From: Amoebophrya sp. A120
Taxonomy: Eukaryota; Protista; Dinoflagellata
Direction: 5' to 3'
Assembly: GCA_905178155.1 (NCBI GenBank)
Contig: CAJINV010000001.1
Span: 6,827,794 to 6,891,793, forward strand
DNA length: 64,000 nucleotides
Part shown: positions 47,201-60,532 of the stretch, one piece after another
Numbering within the stretch: position 1 is the stretch's first letter
How the letters are laid out: each line of letters starts with the position of its first letter
Translations under genes and position numbers: made by a program
The notes under the pieces: model-generated
Database searches by the model: none
The model's input: only the letters and a program-made list of their open reading frames with translations
What the model was told of the DNA's origin: nothing

Positions 47201-48788
47201 CCGGAACCACGATCGGCTCTTCAGGCAATTCAAGCTCTTCGTCGATTTGTGGCGCTGTCGGAATGGCTTGCTGTCCTCTAACGTCATCTCCCGTAGATCT
47301 CGCCGAAACGACAGGCGATTGCAGAACTACGGGTTGTTTCAACCCACGATGTCGTGGCCCGCCACCGGAGGAGGAAACAGGTGAGGGCGAAAGACTTCTA
47401 CCGGCTCTGTTGGTCGGGGACCGTGATCGGGAAGATGGAGAGCCCTGCAGGAACCTCAGATTTGGCGTGAAGAGCGCAGGACGGGTTAGCTTGTACTTCG
47501 AGTTCTGTTTCTTACCGTGCAGGTGCAGTAGATGGTTCATGTTGTCTTTGTGATTGTCCAATGTGCGCTCCCGATCCCGTCGAATTTCCGTACGGATCGA
47601 AGACAGCAAGTGCGGCCAGCCGGTTACGACGTCGCGTAACTCAGACACGATCGCTCTCATGTCGAGCATCTGTATTAAGCAATTTTTGGGCTTCTTGTTT
47701 TTCTTTCTGGAGCTAAGGGTGGTCTAGGTCGAGTTCCTCCAGTAGTATGACATGAAAAAGAAAATGCACGAAAACTTGACAAAATCAACCAGTACCGCCT
47801 CCGGTAAGCTCCGCACCGCGTCCATCATTTCCGTGGCCTCAAGTGGCGAGATCGGCATCGTCCGCCTTGTCGGTGATCCGCGCAGGGCCGCGTAGCGCTC
47901 CAGCCGCTCCTGTCTCGGCTCCTTGGCGCCATACAGCATCAGCGGTGACGGTCGCACCTGCTGCGATAGCGTGCTGGCGGGCATCCGGGTGAACGCCGCT
48001 TGGTCAAAGGCGCGCTGGCGTGCTACGGAAAGTCCCGTCTCCGCAATGTCTTGGAATTCGCGGATGCGGTCCGGGCCAACGGTACTGGAGGAAGAGGAGG
48101 AAGAATTATCCTCGTCCAGAGGTTTCTTTTTGCCACTGGTTTTCATTTTGTCGTCGATGGGCGTCTTTTCGTCAATGATCCCCGGTTTGTTTATTTCGGC
48201 TTTATTGTTCACGACATCCTCGGTGGACTTCTCTTTCGCATCTTCCGCAGCATCATCTCTCGTGGAAGTTTTATCGGCTCGTTCTTCCTTGTCGTTTTTA
48301 TCTTTGTCGCTCACGATTTTGACTTCCTTCAAAATCTTCTTGTCCGCCAGCTTCCGCTCCAATGCGTCCATCCTTGCCACTAGCTCCTCCGCCGTCGTGC
48401 CCTTTTTCGTCATCCGAGACAGCGCTCCTTTCACGTTGAATGCCTCGTAACGCTGCACCTTCTCGTTTTTCCGCAATGCTGCCCCGGCACCTCGGATGTC
48501 GAGCGCGGCCTTTTCTCGTGCAAGGTTTGGGTACAGCTTTTGCGCATTCTTCCCTGGACCGCGCCGGGCGCCTCTATCCAATGGCGATGCGTCGCTATCT
48601 ATCTCATCTTCAAGCAATTTCATGGTTTTTTCTGCGTGCTGCAGCGTCGCCCAAGCCCATTCCTCTGAACCCCAATCTTCCACCGGCAAAACAGGAGATC
48701 GGATGGGCATCCGTATTTTGGGCACTCGAACTTCTTTGATCTCCCTGCCCCCGCCATCGTCGCCCGCGGCAGGACGCGGTCCTGACAT
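41295..48788 (-). CDS. Giant protein with six ~190-aa tandem PDZ-like modules and Ala/Pro/Lys linkers (paralog A)
   Basis: GT-AG intron at 47670-47795. Repeated module PYCAQ..GAGL.GWAQSSIDD..LDW..P.V..AAKN...GD...DNPVA.FAFLR..YVQL..GL..GD.I..RP.HIL.RR. Confidence 0.85.
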
Positions 48789-49528
48789 TTCAACTACGCG
48801 GAATTCAGTATTGCACGTGCGTTATTGCGCGGCCGTGTACTGCCATGGCGAAGGTGCGTAGAACCGCTTTCGATTTCCGTGCGTCGTTCTTCTTCATCTT
48901 TTTCTTTAATTTCAAAAAAACCTCCGCTAGCGGTTGTTCTGCGACAAATTTGTTGCGTTTAGTTGAAAAAAGCCGGCGGCTAACACCTGCAGCTGCAGGC
49001 AAATCAGATCGGATCTTACTCACATTTCCTTGCAGCTATGTGATCTTCTGGTCTCTTGCAATACGTAGAAAAAGTTGTCTTGCAACGACGACCCAGCACG
49101 ACTTACGACGGACATAATCCCAGGGACGAGCTTCCAAACGACATTACCCATCCAGTGCAGGAGCACAACCCAAATCGCCTACGCCAACGACCACACCAGG
49201 GCAGCGCTATACTTATTTCTGCCTGAGCGCTCTCCCGCTTTTCCGTACTACTTGAAAACTTTTGATACAGTGGCGTACACAACTCCTCGAGGGTACGAAG
49301 AGTGATCCGGCATTGATTCATGAAACTCAACAGGTGGAACAGAGCCAGCTCGTGCACATTGAGAAACCAAAAGGAAATCGTTCTACCGCTACTTGCAAAT
49401 GCGTGTGATGAAAGTGAAACGAAAAGGATAATGAAACTTGCTACCTAACGCAGCAGCAGCTACGAGAAGATACATGAATTGAAAAGAAAACCTTTATTTA
49501 ATGTGCGCTCTTGGATATGCAGCACCAC

Positions 49529-52500
49529 TCACTCCAACTTGTCCCAGTTTGGTGGTTTGTTTCGCTTCACGTCAACGCCCTTCTTCAGCGTTTCCGCATC
49601 GAATTCCGTCTCCCTGCGAAACAAGAAGTGCATGGGTCGTGGGCCACCGTCGGCAACCCGTGTTTTCACGTCGTCGGCTTGCCGCTCTGCCAGCGCGTCG
49701 CCGGCGACCACGACCTTGTCTCCGGGCTTCAAGCCCTGCTTGGCCGCCCAACTCCCAGCTGCTATTGCAGTAATTGCGCAGTCGTCTGCTACGGTGATCC
49801 CTAGCGTCTTCTCCTGTGCCTCCAGCTGCACATACTGATTTGCTTTCTTCGCCCGCAAAAACGCAAAAGCCGCAACTGGGTTGTCCTTCCGCCCGTACTT
49901 CCGCTGATATTTCTTCACGATGGCGTCCGACGGTGTTTTTCCCTCCCAGGTAGCGACGGTCGTGACTCTGTCTTGCAGCGTGCCGACCATGACCAGCATG
50001 TCGCCAGGGAATACGCCGTTCTTCGCTGCGCGGCTTGGCGTGGTGCCATCCGGCATTGTTGGAACCACCTCCGTGACTTTCACGATCGGATAACCGCTCC
50101 AGTCCAGTTTGACGCCAAACAGATCCGCAATCTTCTTGGGTGCCGGAGCCAAACCGTCGTTGAGCACAATACCGTCGATGCTACTTTGTGCCCAGCCGGC
50201 GAGGCCCATTTCCACCAACTTCTTTGAGAAACCGAGAAACTGTGCACAGTATGGAGGGTCTGGCTTATTCGCCACTGCGGCGGGAGCTGCTGGTGCGGGA
50301 GGTGCGGGCGTAGCTGCGGCTGCTGCTTTTGCAGGTGGTGCAGTTTTTCCTGCAGTGCTTGGCGGCGCCTTTTTACCAGCGGGGGCTGGCTGCAGTGCTG
50401 CGGCTGGGGGTGCTTTTTTCGGAGCTGCTGTTGGGGGTGCAGCCTTCTTTCCCGCTGCGGGGGCTGGGGCTCCTGGTGGAGGACCAGCGGGCTTTTTACC
50501 CGCTGCAGGTTTCGCACTCGACGGCGCAGGCGGCTTTACAACTGCCGTCGGAGGTGCAGCAGCTTTTCCCGCTGCTCCGGCTGCGGGTTCTTTCGAAATC
50601 CAGTTCGGCGGTAGATTTCTGCTGACGTCAACTGCCTGCTGCAGCACCGTGGCTGGAAACTCGGTTTGACGCCTAAACAGGATGTGCAGCGGCCGCGTCC
50701 CGCCGTCGGACACCCGCTTTTGCACCTCTGGTCCGTCTTTTTCTGTCAGCACATCACCCGCAACAGCAACGACATCTCCACCCTCGATTCCCTGCTTCGC
50801 CGCCCAACTCCCCGGCGCAACACGGTCGATTTTTCCCTTGGTATCCAAGGAGATCCCGAGAGATTTCTCCGTCGCTTCCAATTGCACATATTGTGCCATT
50901 TTCTTCTTCCTCAAAAACGCAAACGCCGCGACTGGGTTGTCTCCCCGACCGAATTTTCGCTGCACCTTCTGAATCAGTGCGTCCGCAGGAGAGCTTCCGG
51001 GCCAAGTGACCACGGTTGTGAGCCGGTCCTGCAAAGTGCCGAGCATGATCAGCTGATCCCCCTCGACGATCCCGTTCTTGCCTGCCCGACTCGGCCCAGA
51101 CTTGTCCGGAAGCATCGGGTCCACCTTCGTTACTGCGACCTGCGGGTACGTACTCCAATCAAGCTTCATGCCGAAGAGCTGCAAAATTTTGTCGTCCGCC
51201 GGAATGCTGGCGTCCTTCAAAATCTTGTCGTCGATGCTGCTCTGCGCCCAGCCCGCCATTCCTGCGCCCATCAAATCCTTGGAAAAACCGAGAAACTGCG
51301 CACAGTAGGGCGGATCCGGTCCCGTTCGAGCGGTTTTCGGTGCTGCAGGCGCAGGTTGTGCCGGGGCTGCTGGCTTGGGTGCTGCTGCGGGCGCTGGTAC
51401 AACCTTCGCTGCCGGAGTGGTCGCAGGTGGAGCCGGCTTCACGACTGCAGCCGCCGTGATTTTATTAATCCCGAGTGCTGTCTGCCATGCGGTCGGTAGA
51501 ATTCTGCTGACGTCGACCGCTTTGCTCAAAGTACTCTCTGTAAACTCCGTTTCCCGACGGAAAAGCAAATGAATCGGACGCGGACCCGAGTCCGCCACCC
51601 GTTTCGTCACCTCATCCGGTTGTTTCTCCGAAAGTGCGTCCCCTGCGACGGCAACGAGATCGCCTGCTTTCAAGCCCCGCTGGTCGGCCCAGCCACCGGA
51701 TGATACTGAGACGATTTTGTTGCTAGTGTCCACCGTAAACCCCAGCTGCTTGTCTTTCGCCTCTAGCTGCACGTACTGCTTCTCCTTCTTTTTGCGAAAA
51801 AACACGAACGCCGCCACAGGATTGTCCTGACGCTCGAACTTCCTCCTAATTTTTTTCATCAACGCGTCGTTTGGATCCTTGCCCTCCCAGGTCGGCACCG
51901 TCGTCACCCGATCCTGCAGCGTCGCAGCCATGATCAGCATGTCACCCTCGACGATTCCGTTCTTGGCGGCGCGACTGGGGCCGCTGTCGTCCGGCATTTT
52001 TGGTTCGACTGTTGTCACTGTGACAACCGGGAACTTGCTCCAGTCAAGCTTTACGCCGAACAGCTTCAGCATTTTCTCCTCGTTGGAAAGAGTGTCGTCC
52101 TTCAGAATCTTGTCGTCAATGCTGCTCTGGCCCCAACCTGATAAAAAGTTGTTCGACATAGACTTGTTCTTATTTTTTCAGCTCTTCTTCAACTTGGATA
52201 TTACTTACTACATGCAACACGACGTGTAAGTAGTAGTACGATCGACCACGCAGCAACGTACTTAAATAAACGTATCGCATTCATTGGTTTTCGTCAAAAA
52301 ATTCGGTGTACTAGTACCTGCCAAACCCGCACCGGGTAGATTCTTCCCGAACCCAAGAAACTGTACGCAGTAGGGCGCATCAGGACTGGTTCTCGCAGTT
52401 GTAGGCACCGGAGCAGCAACAGGAGCTGGTGATGCGGGCTTCACTACCGGTACAGGCGAAGCCGGCGCCGTCCCGATTGCTGCCACCGGCTTCGCAGGTT

Positions 52501-55500
52501 GTCCTGGCTTGTCATCACGATTCACATCCACCGTTGCAACCGACACTGGCGACTTCGGGGCCGCGTTCCTTCTCTTCTGCGCCTCCTCCGCCCAACCGGC
52601 CGGCAACGGCCGTCGCACAGCGGCTTCCTGTTCGTTCAATACGTCCGGTGGAAAACCGCCTCTTCTGCGGAACAAAAGTTGGGAACTACTACCCGCGTAC
52701 ATGTGGTCCAATGCGTGCGAAGGTTGCTTTTCGAACAGCAGGTCGTCGACAGTAACCAGCTCGTCTCCGGCTGCAATGCCCATTGCGCGCGCCAGGTCGT
52801 TTTTGACTGAGATCACCTTTCCCGTTTTCACTTCAATACTCAGAGACTTTTCGTCAATCACACCCACGTTTCTCGTTGTCACTTGAAGATACTGCCCCGG
52901 CATGCGGAGAAACGCGAAACTAACGTCCCCGCCGTCCGCCTTGTGCACTTTGCGCAAAACTGCCTCGTCGGCGTGTCGGCCCTTCCAGGTCGCGACCATC
53001 GTCACGCGGTCGCCACAGCACAAGAGCAGAAGACTGCCTACCGGTGCGTCGGACCTCTTCGAGTTCGAAACGTAGACTCTCGGAAAGCTGACCCAATCGA
53101 GGGTGAACCCAAGAGTCGACATCATCTTCTGCGTCGAAGTCAGGTTCGGGTCCTCGATACTCGCTTGCCGATTCCCGTGCTCGCTGGTATCAGGCGAGTA
53201 AAACGTAATCCCGTACGCGGACGGATTTCTCGATTGTAGCAGCTGAGAAAGCAAAAACGGAACTTTGTCGTCCCGCATGGCGCCCGTTGTCTCGCCTACC
53301 ACCACCCTCTTGCCACCAGAACGGCCAGAAGACGATGGTCCTAAGGCGTTTACGTCGACGCCCAGCCTTTCCTCGAAATTGTTCTCCTCGTAAAACCGCA
53401 CGCTGTGTGGAAACCCGGAGGCCCGGCGAAAAAGCAAGTCCAGTGGTCGCACCCGTTCTCCCCACGTGAGGAGCGACAGCGCCTCGTCCCGGTTTGTTTC
53501 GCACAAAAGGTCATTGACCATCACAAGTTCGTCGCCGATCTGTAAACCATGGCGTGCAGCAAAGCTTTTCGGGTTCACATTTGCGATCTTCGACGTGGCT
53601 TGTCGGAACTCGACGCCCAACACGCGGCTCGTCAGAGTTAGCTGAACGTACTGCCGCGTGGCCTCACTCTGCAGAAACGCAAAGCTCGTCCAGCGCCGCT
53701 GCAGTTCGCTGACGAGAACCTCGTTCGGGTCTTTGCTTTTCGCGTCTTGGCTCAGTAACAAACCGGAAATCGACTCCCCGTTACAGCCCAGCAGCACATC
53801 GCCTTCCATCACCGGAAAGTTCTTCTGCATCCGATTTCCGCCCGGCGGTGGACGATGATACCCGGGTCGAATCGAAGGTCCGCGACCCACTTCGGCAACA
53901 CGCACCCGGGGAAAATGGCTCCAGTTCAGGTCAAAATTCAAAACTTGTCGCAGTTTTTCCCCGATACTCAGTCTAGATGATTTCAAAACCTCCAAACCCT
54001 CCTCTTCCGGCACCGACCACACGTAAATGCCCAGTCGCGCAAGGTTCCTCGTGCGAATCATGTTCTGCATCAGATACGGCCTGGATTCCTTCTCCTCGGG
54101 GCGGACGACTTCCTCCTCGTCCTCTTCCATTTCCTCTTTCAGCCTTGCACCCCGATGCAGCTGCTCAGCGGTTGATCTTTTCGGGGAGCGGAACTTGTTT
54201 TCCGTCTGCAGCCTGGCTTGAACAGAACCTCGGCGAGCAAACGTGCTTGCTGCAGCAGGGTGGTGATGGTAGTGAGGACGTTCGCTCTTCACCGACTCCA
54301 ACTTTCGAGGCGGCGGGTCTGGATCTCGTCTTTTGCTATCATCCAAATCAGTGTCAACATCGTCGTGGTGGTGATGGTGATGATGATGGTGATGCTCCTT
54401 CTCCCTCTTTCCGCCAGCCGCGTCTGCTGACTGCACCTTTTTGTCCCCTCCGCTCGGCTTCGCCTCCCACCGCCGCGCCGCGGGTTTCCTTCCTGGTGGT
54501 GCAGTCCCTCGTATAGTGTTCAGAACATTTGGATCGAAGGTGAATGTCCCGCCGCGGTCTTCTACCATGAGCTGCGTACATATTTTCAACAGCTGCACCG
54601 TTTCCGGCACAGACAGAGCGTTGTCTTGCAAACTGTCCACTACTTCCTTGAGGACGTAGACGAGGTTCGGCATCGCCTTTATCCCGTCCATCACCTCGGC
54701 GAGCTCGTAGAGATTGGGAAGTTGCTGCCTTCTCGATGGCATGCTTCGCAGCGCTGCGTACCTGTGATGAACGGGGTAATGTATGTCGGGAACTCAACTT
54801 TCCTTCTTTACGCAGAGGAAATGGATGAAAATTGAACGTGGATTGTCACTTCTTTCAAATTACAACAAAGGCCTCATACCTCATCAATCTTTCGTCCCGT
54901 GGTTCTTTTTGTCCGTACAACATCAACGGCTCCGCTGTTATTGGATCCATGTTGCCGCTCCCGACGAGCCTCCCTGCATCCTCCCGATCGTACGCCTTCC
55001 TCCGCAAAACATCCATCCCAGCTTCGGCGACGTCCGCGATTTCCCGCCGAGAAAACACTTTCAGAAACGCAGGGAGTCGCTGCCCCGCTTCGACCCCGGA
55101 TTTTTCCAGTAGATCAGCGGTAGCGAGATCTTCTGCCGCCTTCACGTCGTCAGTGCCAAACATGTTGCTAAGGAAACCTCCCCCAGCACCTTGGCTTCCT
55201 GTTCCATTTTTCTCTGCGTCGTGCTTCGCGCTTGCAAGGTCTTTCAGCCTCTGTTCACGGTTAATAATGTCGTCCGCCGTCGATCCCTTCTTATTGAACT
55301 TCGTCGCCAGGCGGTCGGCCGCGGACCTTGTTTGCGCCCTGTTTCGCTGCTCCGCCCGAACAGCTGCCGCACCGCCCCGGGGGTCAAACGCGCTTCGCAG
55401 CCGTCCCGACGGGTCAAACTTCTTCCGCGTTTCGTACTGCATGGCCGCCCACCGCCACTCCTTTTCATCCCAATCCTTCACAGGTTTTACCGAGGACCGT

Positions 55501-55544
55501 AGGGGAGCGCGGGCGGTCGGTGTTTTGCTCTTGCCGTCCGCCAT
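49529..55544 (-). CDS. Paralog B, five ~190-aa tandem PDZ-like modules
   Basis: GT-AG introns at 54762-54879 and 52138-52317. Shares N-terminal motifs with paralog A (PV.DW...EW.WA..Q, PLMLYG.KEPR.ERL.RYAALR). Confidence 0.85.
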
Positions 55545-56534
55545 GTTGGGCTCGCTGGGGGAGAGCTGCGACTTGGTCGCATCACATCAGCAAAATCGTT
55601 GGCACGGCCCAAGATTCTCTTATCCGCATCTTTTCAAAAAAAACCAATCGCATCGAGCATTTTCTTGCTTTCAAAGAAAAACCAACACTGAGCGGAAAAG
55701 ACAGGGTTGTAAAAGAGTTTTGAGTTGAGATGACAGCAGGCACGACCGCTTACTTACGTTTGAGTTCAGAGTTACAACGAACGTAGGCACGACCGAAACG
55801 AACCCGACACGACCGCACCGACAGACTTGCTTAGACGTTGACGTTTTTCTTTCCGGCATAATTTTACCCTGCGTCATACGTAGGTAAACGATTTGTGACC
55901 ACGACCGATGAACCGATGTCGATCATCTTCAGATGGCACGACTGATCACAGACACGATAGACGAACGCATATTGTATGCGTTGATGCTTCCGAGCAACAC
56001 GATCACAGTAGAGCAATACCGCTAAAGCAAGTAACACAAGTGCCCTTCCAACATTTTTGCGGCCCCGCGACAAGTGGTGTCACACCTGGGCGCAACTTGA
56101 CATGGAGCTCCCGGTGGATTTCACAGTTGCTTGCACAAAGGTCCTTCTTGATTCACGGCTTGTTCGTTCACGATGGATGAGGGGTGTTCCGGTATGTCCG
56201 AAGAAAAGAAACTGCGTCGAGAACTCGAACTGAAACTTTAAATCAACAAGCCGGTACTTGAGAAGTACCGTTTTCGGGCTTGTATCACGGCATCGATGTA
56301 AATGCAGGTATTCGAGCGCATGCTAATAAATCTCTCAAAAAATTGAATCGATAGCTCCTGCACACTGCGTGGAGTACGTGTTCCGAATAAAACATCGCGA
56401 ATCTACTGAAGAAAACCTGAGTGGTGCAATGAGAATCAATGACAAGCTATCGGAAAAAATCAGGATTGAAACGACCTGATTTTTCTTCTTTACACACACT
56501 ACTCTTCTGACAGAAAAGAACCGCGCCGCACATT

Positions 56535-56942
56535 TTACGCTGACCGCGGCCTTTCTGGGAGTTGTACTGCACTATTTGAGAAATCTGGATTTCCCTGCAA
56601 CCTCCCCTGTGCTCTTCTCGCACCTACCTTAGTTGGTCCGTAGAAAATCCGGTCCTCTCTCTTGAATGACGGAGCACCCGGCGGTTCCCCGATGAAGTCC
56701 TCTATTGCCATTGCGACAGACGGCTTTTCGTCCGGCGCGATGGCTTCGCCCTCGGCGAGGAGCAGGGGTCGTCTACTTCTGCTGTGACTCATTTCTCCGT
56801 TGGCATCTGCTCGGGAATAGCGGGAAACCAGTCTCGGTGTGTCCTGTTCGTCAGCTGGTACGGGGCTTTGACTGTCTGCCACGACCTTAGCGCCCGCGAG
56901 GGCGGCGGCGCTCCCAGCCACGGCTGGGATCACCGAAAACAA
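56535..56942 (-). CDS. Small unknown protein, probably the first exon of a spliced gene
   Basis: 135-codon ORF with a good donor AAG|GTAGGT after GPTK; downstream exons unresolved. Confidence 0.35.
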   Translation of the reverse strand: MFSVIPAVAGSAAALAGAKVVADSQSPVPADEQDTPRLVSRYSRADANGEMSHSRSRRPLLLAEGEAIAPDEKPSVAMAIEDFIGEPPGAPSFKREDRIFYGPTKVGARRAQGRLQGNPDFSNSAVQLPERPRSA

Positions 56943-57561
56943 AATTCAGACCATTTTTTTGGGGATGGGTAGAGTTGTCGCTCCGAAAAGAAGCTGAAAT
57001 TTTCGAAGGTGTCTTTGAAAAACAAGCTGACTTGTGATTTTACGCCGGGAAATTGTAAGTAGTCAAAAAAAGGTTTCTGTGTCAAGTTCGTGGGTAATCA
57101 AGAAGAGAGAGTAGGGGCATGGTCTGGGTGTCTGTCGGGCAGTTATAGTTTTGCTTGCTGTGTCTGTGTCACAAAACTATAGTAGTTGGTTCCGTTCTTC
57201 ACGAAATTTCCCGGAAACCGAGGCTGGACGAGGGTCGGTACGAGTAAATCGGTACTTCACTTTAACTGGAACGAGAGCAGAACTGAAACCGATTTTTTCT
57301 GTGCATCTTAGTTAGCAGTACACTACAGAAACAACCGAGTTTTCACAAAAGTATGGAGAGACATAGAATGACCGCCAGATGTTGATGCCATGTACTAAAA
57401 ATGGCCATGGCGACGGAACACTTGTCGCACCTCGAGTCACGCTCGCGGCTGATGTCAGTGCCTGAGTGTGGTTGAAGATGAAGATCAAGATTTCAGTTTC
57501 TGTTTCGGTTTCCCTGCAACTCGATATAAAATAAATGGGAATGGGTTTCAGGAGGGGTGGT

Positions 57562-60189
57562 CTACGCACCAGCGGCAGGATTTCCGTCAATAGTGGCCTT
57601 CACTTCTGCTACAGCTTCACTGATGGCTTTCAAATCTGCCATCCATGTTCCCGACAGTGGAGTAAGCTTCTTCTTGCCGGACTCCGCGGGAGCGATGGCG
57701 ATGAACTTCTGCAGTCGCTCCTCTACCGCTGGGAGCTCATTGATACACGGAATTGCTCGCTGCAGCAGCGTGTACATTTTGCATTGTTGTCGGGACGCCC
57801 ATTCACATGCCGGTCGGGATTGATGAAAGCTAGATAAGGTTGCTGTGTGGCTCTGCAGGTCCTCTACGAGCCCCAACAACTCGTCGAGTTTGACAGTTGT
57901 TTTGAGCCACTGAAAGAGCTCGCGAAGATACTTCACACGAACCGCATCTTCTGTTTTGGTAACTGCTGGGTTGGCATTCTGTGCACTCCGAACACCAATG
58001 AGAATGATCCCGAGCATCTGGGCCGCGTGCTGAAAAGTAGTGGCGCAAGTCCTGCAACTACTGCTCCATTGCTCCTCAGCCTGGGCAAGCCACTCAGGCG
58101 TCGGTCGCGCTCGTAGCAGCTTGCTGAAATTGAGTGCATCTCGGTCCCCATCAACTTCGACAAGCCGGTCGACCAAAAGCATCCCTGTGCGGTCTCTTGT
58201 ATAGACAGCTATCTTCGCGTTTGCCTGAAACAGGCTGATGCAGTTAGCACGGATCTCCTTGCTGACGGGACTAGTAGCGTCCACAGAAGCGGGCGTTGGT
58301 CGCGATGCTAACAGTGGTTGCGTTCCGTTTAGTTGTTCAATCGTCATCGGGAGAGCTTGGTACTGCCAGTACGAAAAACCAAAACTTCCATGGACCTCAT
58401 CTGCTTCACCGTCTCCGCTAATCTTATATCCACCTTCGATGTAGTGAGCAACCCGACACAGCTGAAAGGCAGCGGACCGCTGCCCATCTGCAGTGAAGAA
58501 AGGCGCACGTAAGCGCGCGAGAAAGAAGAAAGCTGCTGCAGTACCCTGGTGCATTTCGTTGAAAGCATATTCCGCAGTCTCTGAAAACTTTAAGAACCCT
58601 GAAGCGCCGGCTGTATGAGGATCAGTCTCTGAAGGAATGGACTTCATCGTTTCGACACACGGAGAGATGCAGAATTCGAGGGCCTCTACCAGCACCGCTA
58701 GAACGGCATGAAAATCACGCTCCTTCACATTCTTGATTTTCTTCGAGCAGGCCCAGGACTGGTGATTTGCGAGCAGCTCTTGCCGATTACAACCGAAGCT
58801 CTTGACGTAAGTCCGGTCGAAATTCACCACCATCTGCAATAGCTGCATATCGTAACCAAATCGATATACGCTGATGGCATGGCTGCCGAAATTCTCGACC
58901 GCTGTGCGCAACTTCTCTGGGCGTGGCCTCTCGGTGCTGCCGCTCGCATCTTCTAAGCAGCATCCTTGACGGATGTACTCTGTGATAATCAGCTGCTTCT
59001 TCTGTTGATATACGGGACGGATTCGCTTCAAATGAGTTTCGACGAGTTCTGGATCCTGTTTGTAGTGCAGAATGTCCAACAAGCGGTTGCACAGCTCCGC
59101 CGTTTCACACAGCTTCCCCAGAGAGCGGACGCAGCCGCAAATGACTTTGTCAGCGTTATTCCGCAGCACTTGAGCCGAGTCGAGGAGCTCGAACAGAAAA
59201 AGTATTCCGCTAGTTGCTCTTTTCGTTTTCTTCACAAGTTCTGGGTTTCGAGTTTCCGCATCGGGGGTCTTCCCATTCATCAAATGACGACTTGCCGTGG
59301 CCACGTGCGTGTCCTGCGCGTCCTTGCTAATGAAGGCTTTTTCGATGGTGATCGCGTCATACACCTGCATCACGTACGCCAGCGCTTCTTCATGGAATTC
59401 CTCGGCGCCGTTTGTGTTTCGCCACCACTTGCTCTTCATGAAACCTATTAGCTTCCACACCTCACGCAGCAAGTCCTGCTGCTTGCTTGACCCAAACTGA
59501 CAGTGCTCGAGCGCGCACTGAAGCAACGCCGCCATATACGTGAAGTCGATCGCCTCCAGCAGCTTCCGTTTCTCCGGACTGCATCCGCTCTCCGGCTCCT
59601 TTCCGATCTGTTTCTTGTACCGTCCGCGCAACAGCCTCGACTCAATAAGTGTCTGAGCCTCGGCGGCTTGACCATCCGCCAGTAGTGTTGCTGCTTCCGC
59701 GTATTGGGAAGACAATATCGCGAGCTCGTCTTTACGTTTCTCATCTTTCAACCGTTCTTGGCGATCGAGCCATTCTAGATAAGCATCACTTTCGTCGGTT
59801 GCAAGCTCAACGTTTTCTGCCACCCAGGCGACCGCCGTTCTTGCACTTTCGAGCTCATGGCGTGACGTTTTCCCAGGATGTTGATCTGGCTGTTTGTCGC
59901 ACGAAGTTGAAGCAGTGGCCTGAAGAACAGTAGAGGCTGCTTCCACGACGGAGGTTTCTGCATTTTTGTCCTTGCGTAAGTGGCTGCAGATCACGTGGAA
60001 CATCTCTGGGGAAACCTTGTGGTCATGCACCGGAACAGCAATACATCCGACAGGTGAAACAACAGCGCCACGTTCGCTTTTCTTCTTGAAAATGTGGTGG
60101 CTCCCGGTAACTCGGCTCAAGCTCCAACCGTGCAGCTCAAGTGACTTCGAAACTGTAGTGAAGCGCGGCATTTTGATCTTGCTGATCAA
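57562..60189 (-). CDS. 875-aa intronless protein with an N-terminal HicA-like toxin/RNase domain followed by an alpha-helical region
   Basis: VSKSLELHGWSLSRVTGSHHIFKK...IAVPVH.HKVSPEMFHVI matches the HicA pattern (GW..R..GSH..F..VP.H). Confidence 0.75.
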   Translation of the reverse strand: MISKIKMPRFTTVSKSLELHGWSLSRVTGSHHIFKKKSERGAVVSPVGCIAVPVHDHKVSPEMFHVICSHLRKDKNAETSVVEAASTVLQATASTSCDKQPDQHPGKTSRHELESARTAVAWVAENVELATDESDAYLEWLDRQERLKDEKRKDELAILSSQYAEAATLLADGQAAEAQTLIESRLLRGRYKKQIGKEPESGCSPEKRKLLEAIDFTYMAALLQCALEHCQFGSSKQQDLLREVWKLIGFMKSKWWRNTNGAEEFHEEALAYVMQVYDAITIEKAFISKDAQDTHVATASRHLMNGKTPDAETRNPELVKKTKRATSGILFLFELLDSAQVLRNNADKVICGCVRSLGKLCETAELCNRLLDILHYKQDPELVETHLKRIRPVYQQKKQLIITEYIRQGCCLEDASGSTERPRPEKLRTAVENFGSHAISVYRFGYDMQLLQMVVNFDRTYVKSFGCNRQELLANHQSWACSKKIKNVKERDFHAVLAVLVEALEFCISPCVETMKSIPSETDPHTAGASGFLKFSETAEYAFNEMHQGTAAAFFFLARLRAPFFTADGQRSAAFQLCRVAHYIEGGYKISGDGEADEVHGSFGFSYWQYQALPMTIEQLNGTQPLLASRPTPASVDATSPVSKEIRANCISLFQANAKIAVYTRDRTGMLLVDRLVEVDGDRDALNFSKLLRARPTPEWLAQAEEQWSSSCRTCATTFQHAAQMLGIILIGVRSAQNANPAVTKTEDAVRVKYLRELFQWLKTTVKLDELLGLVEDLQSHTATLSSFHQSRPACEWASRQQCKMYTLLQRAIPCINELPAVEERLQKFIAIAPAESGKKKLTPLSGTWMADLKAISEAVAEVKATIDGNPAAGA

Positions 60190-60532
60190 GTATCTCAGAT
60201 TACACAGTTCTATCTCCGGCTATCTAAAACTGCACTAGGATCCCTTGCGGACTCAAACCCGAGGATCACGCACTTCAAAAGCGGTAAAAGCAAAATAAAA
60301 CGCTATCAAACAAAAACTAAGAACCTTATCAGATCAGAATATTGCCGTTTGGTATGCTCGCACTCGTTGGTGCGGCGGTACAGCAGTTTTTTGGAGAGAA
60401 ACTCAAGAGACCCCCAGTGAAAGATAGATACATAGAGCTGGACGGACTAGTGGAAAGAGAAAAGAGGAACGAGAGCTACAGTGAGCCACTACCTGTACCT
60501 TGATGCCAAAGCCGAAATTTATGTATCGGCAT

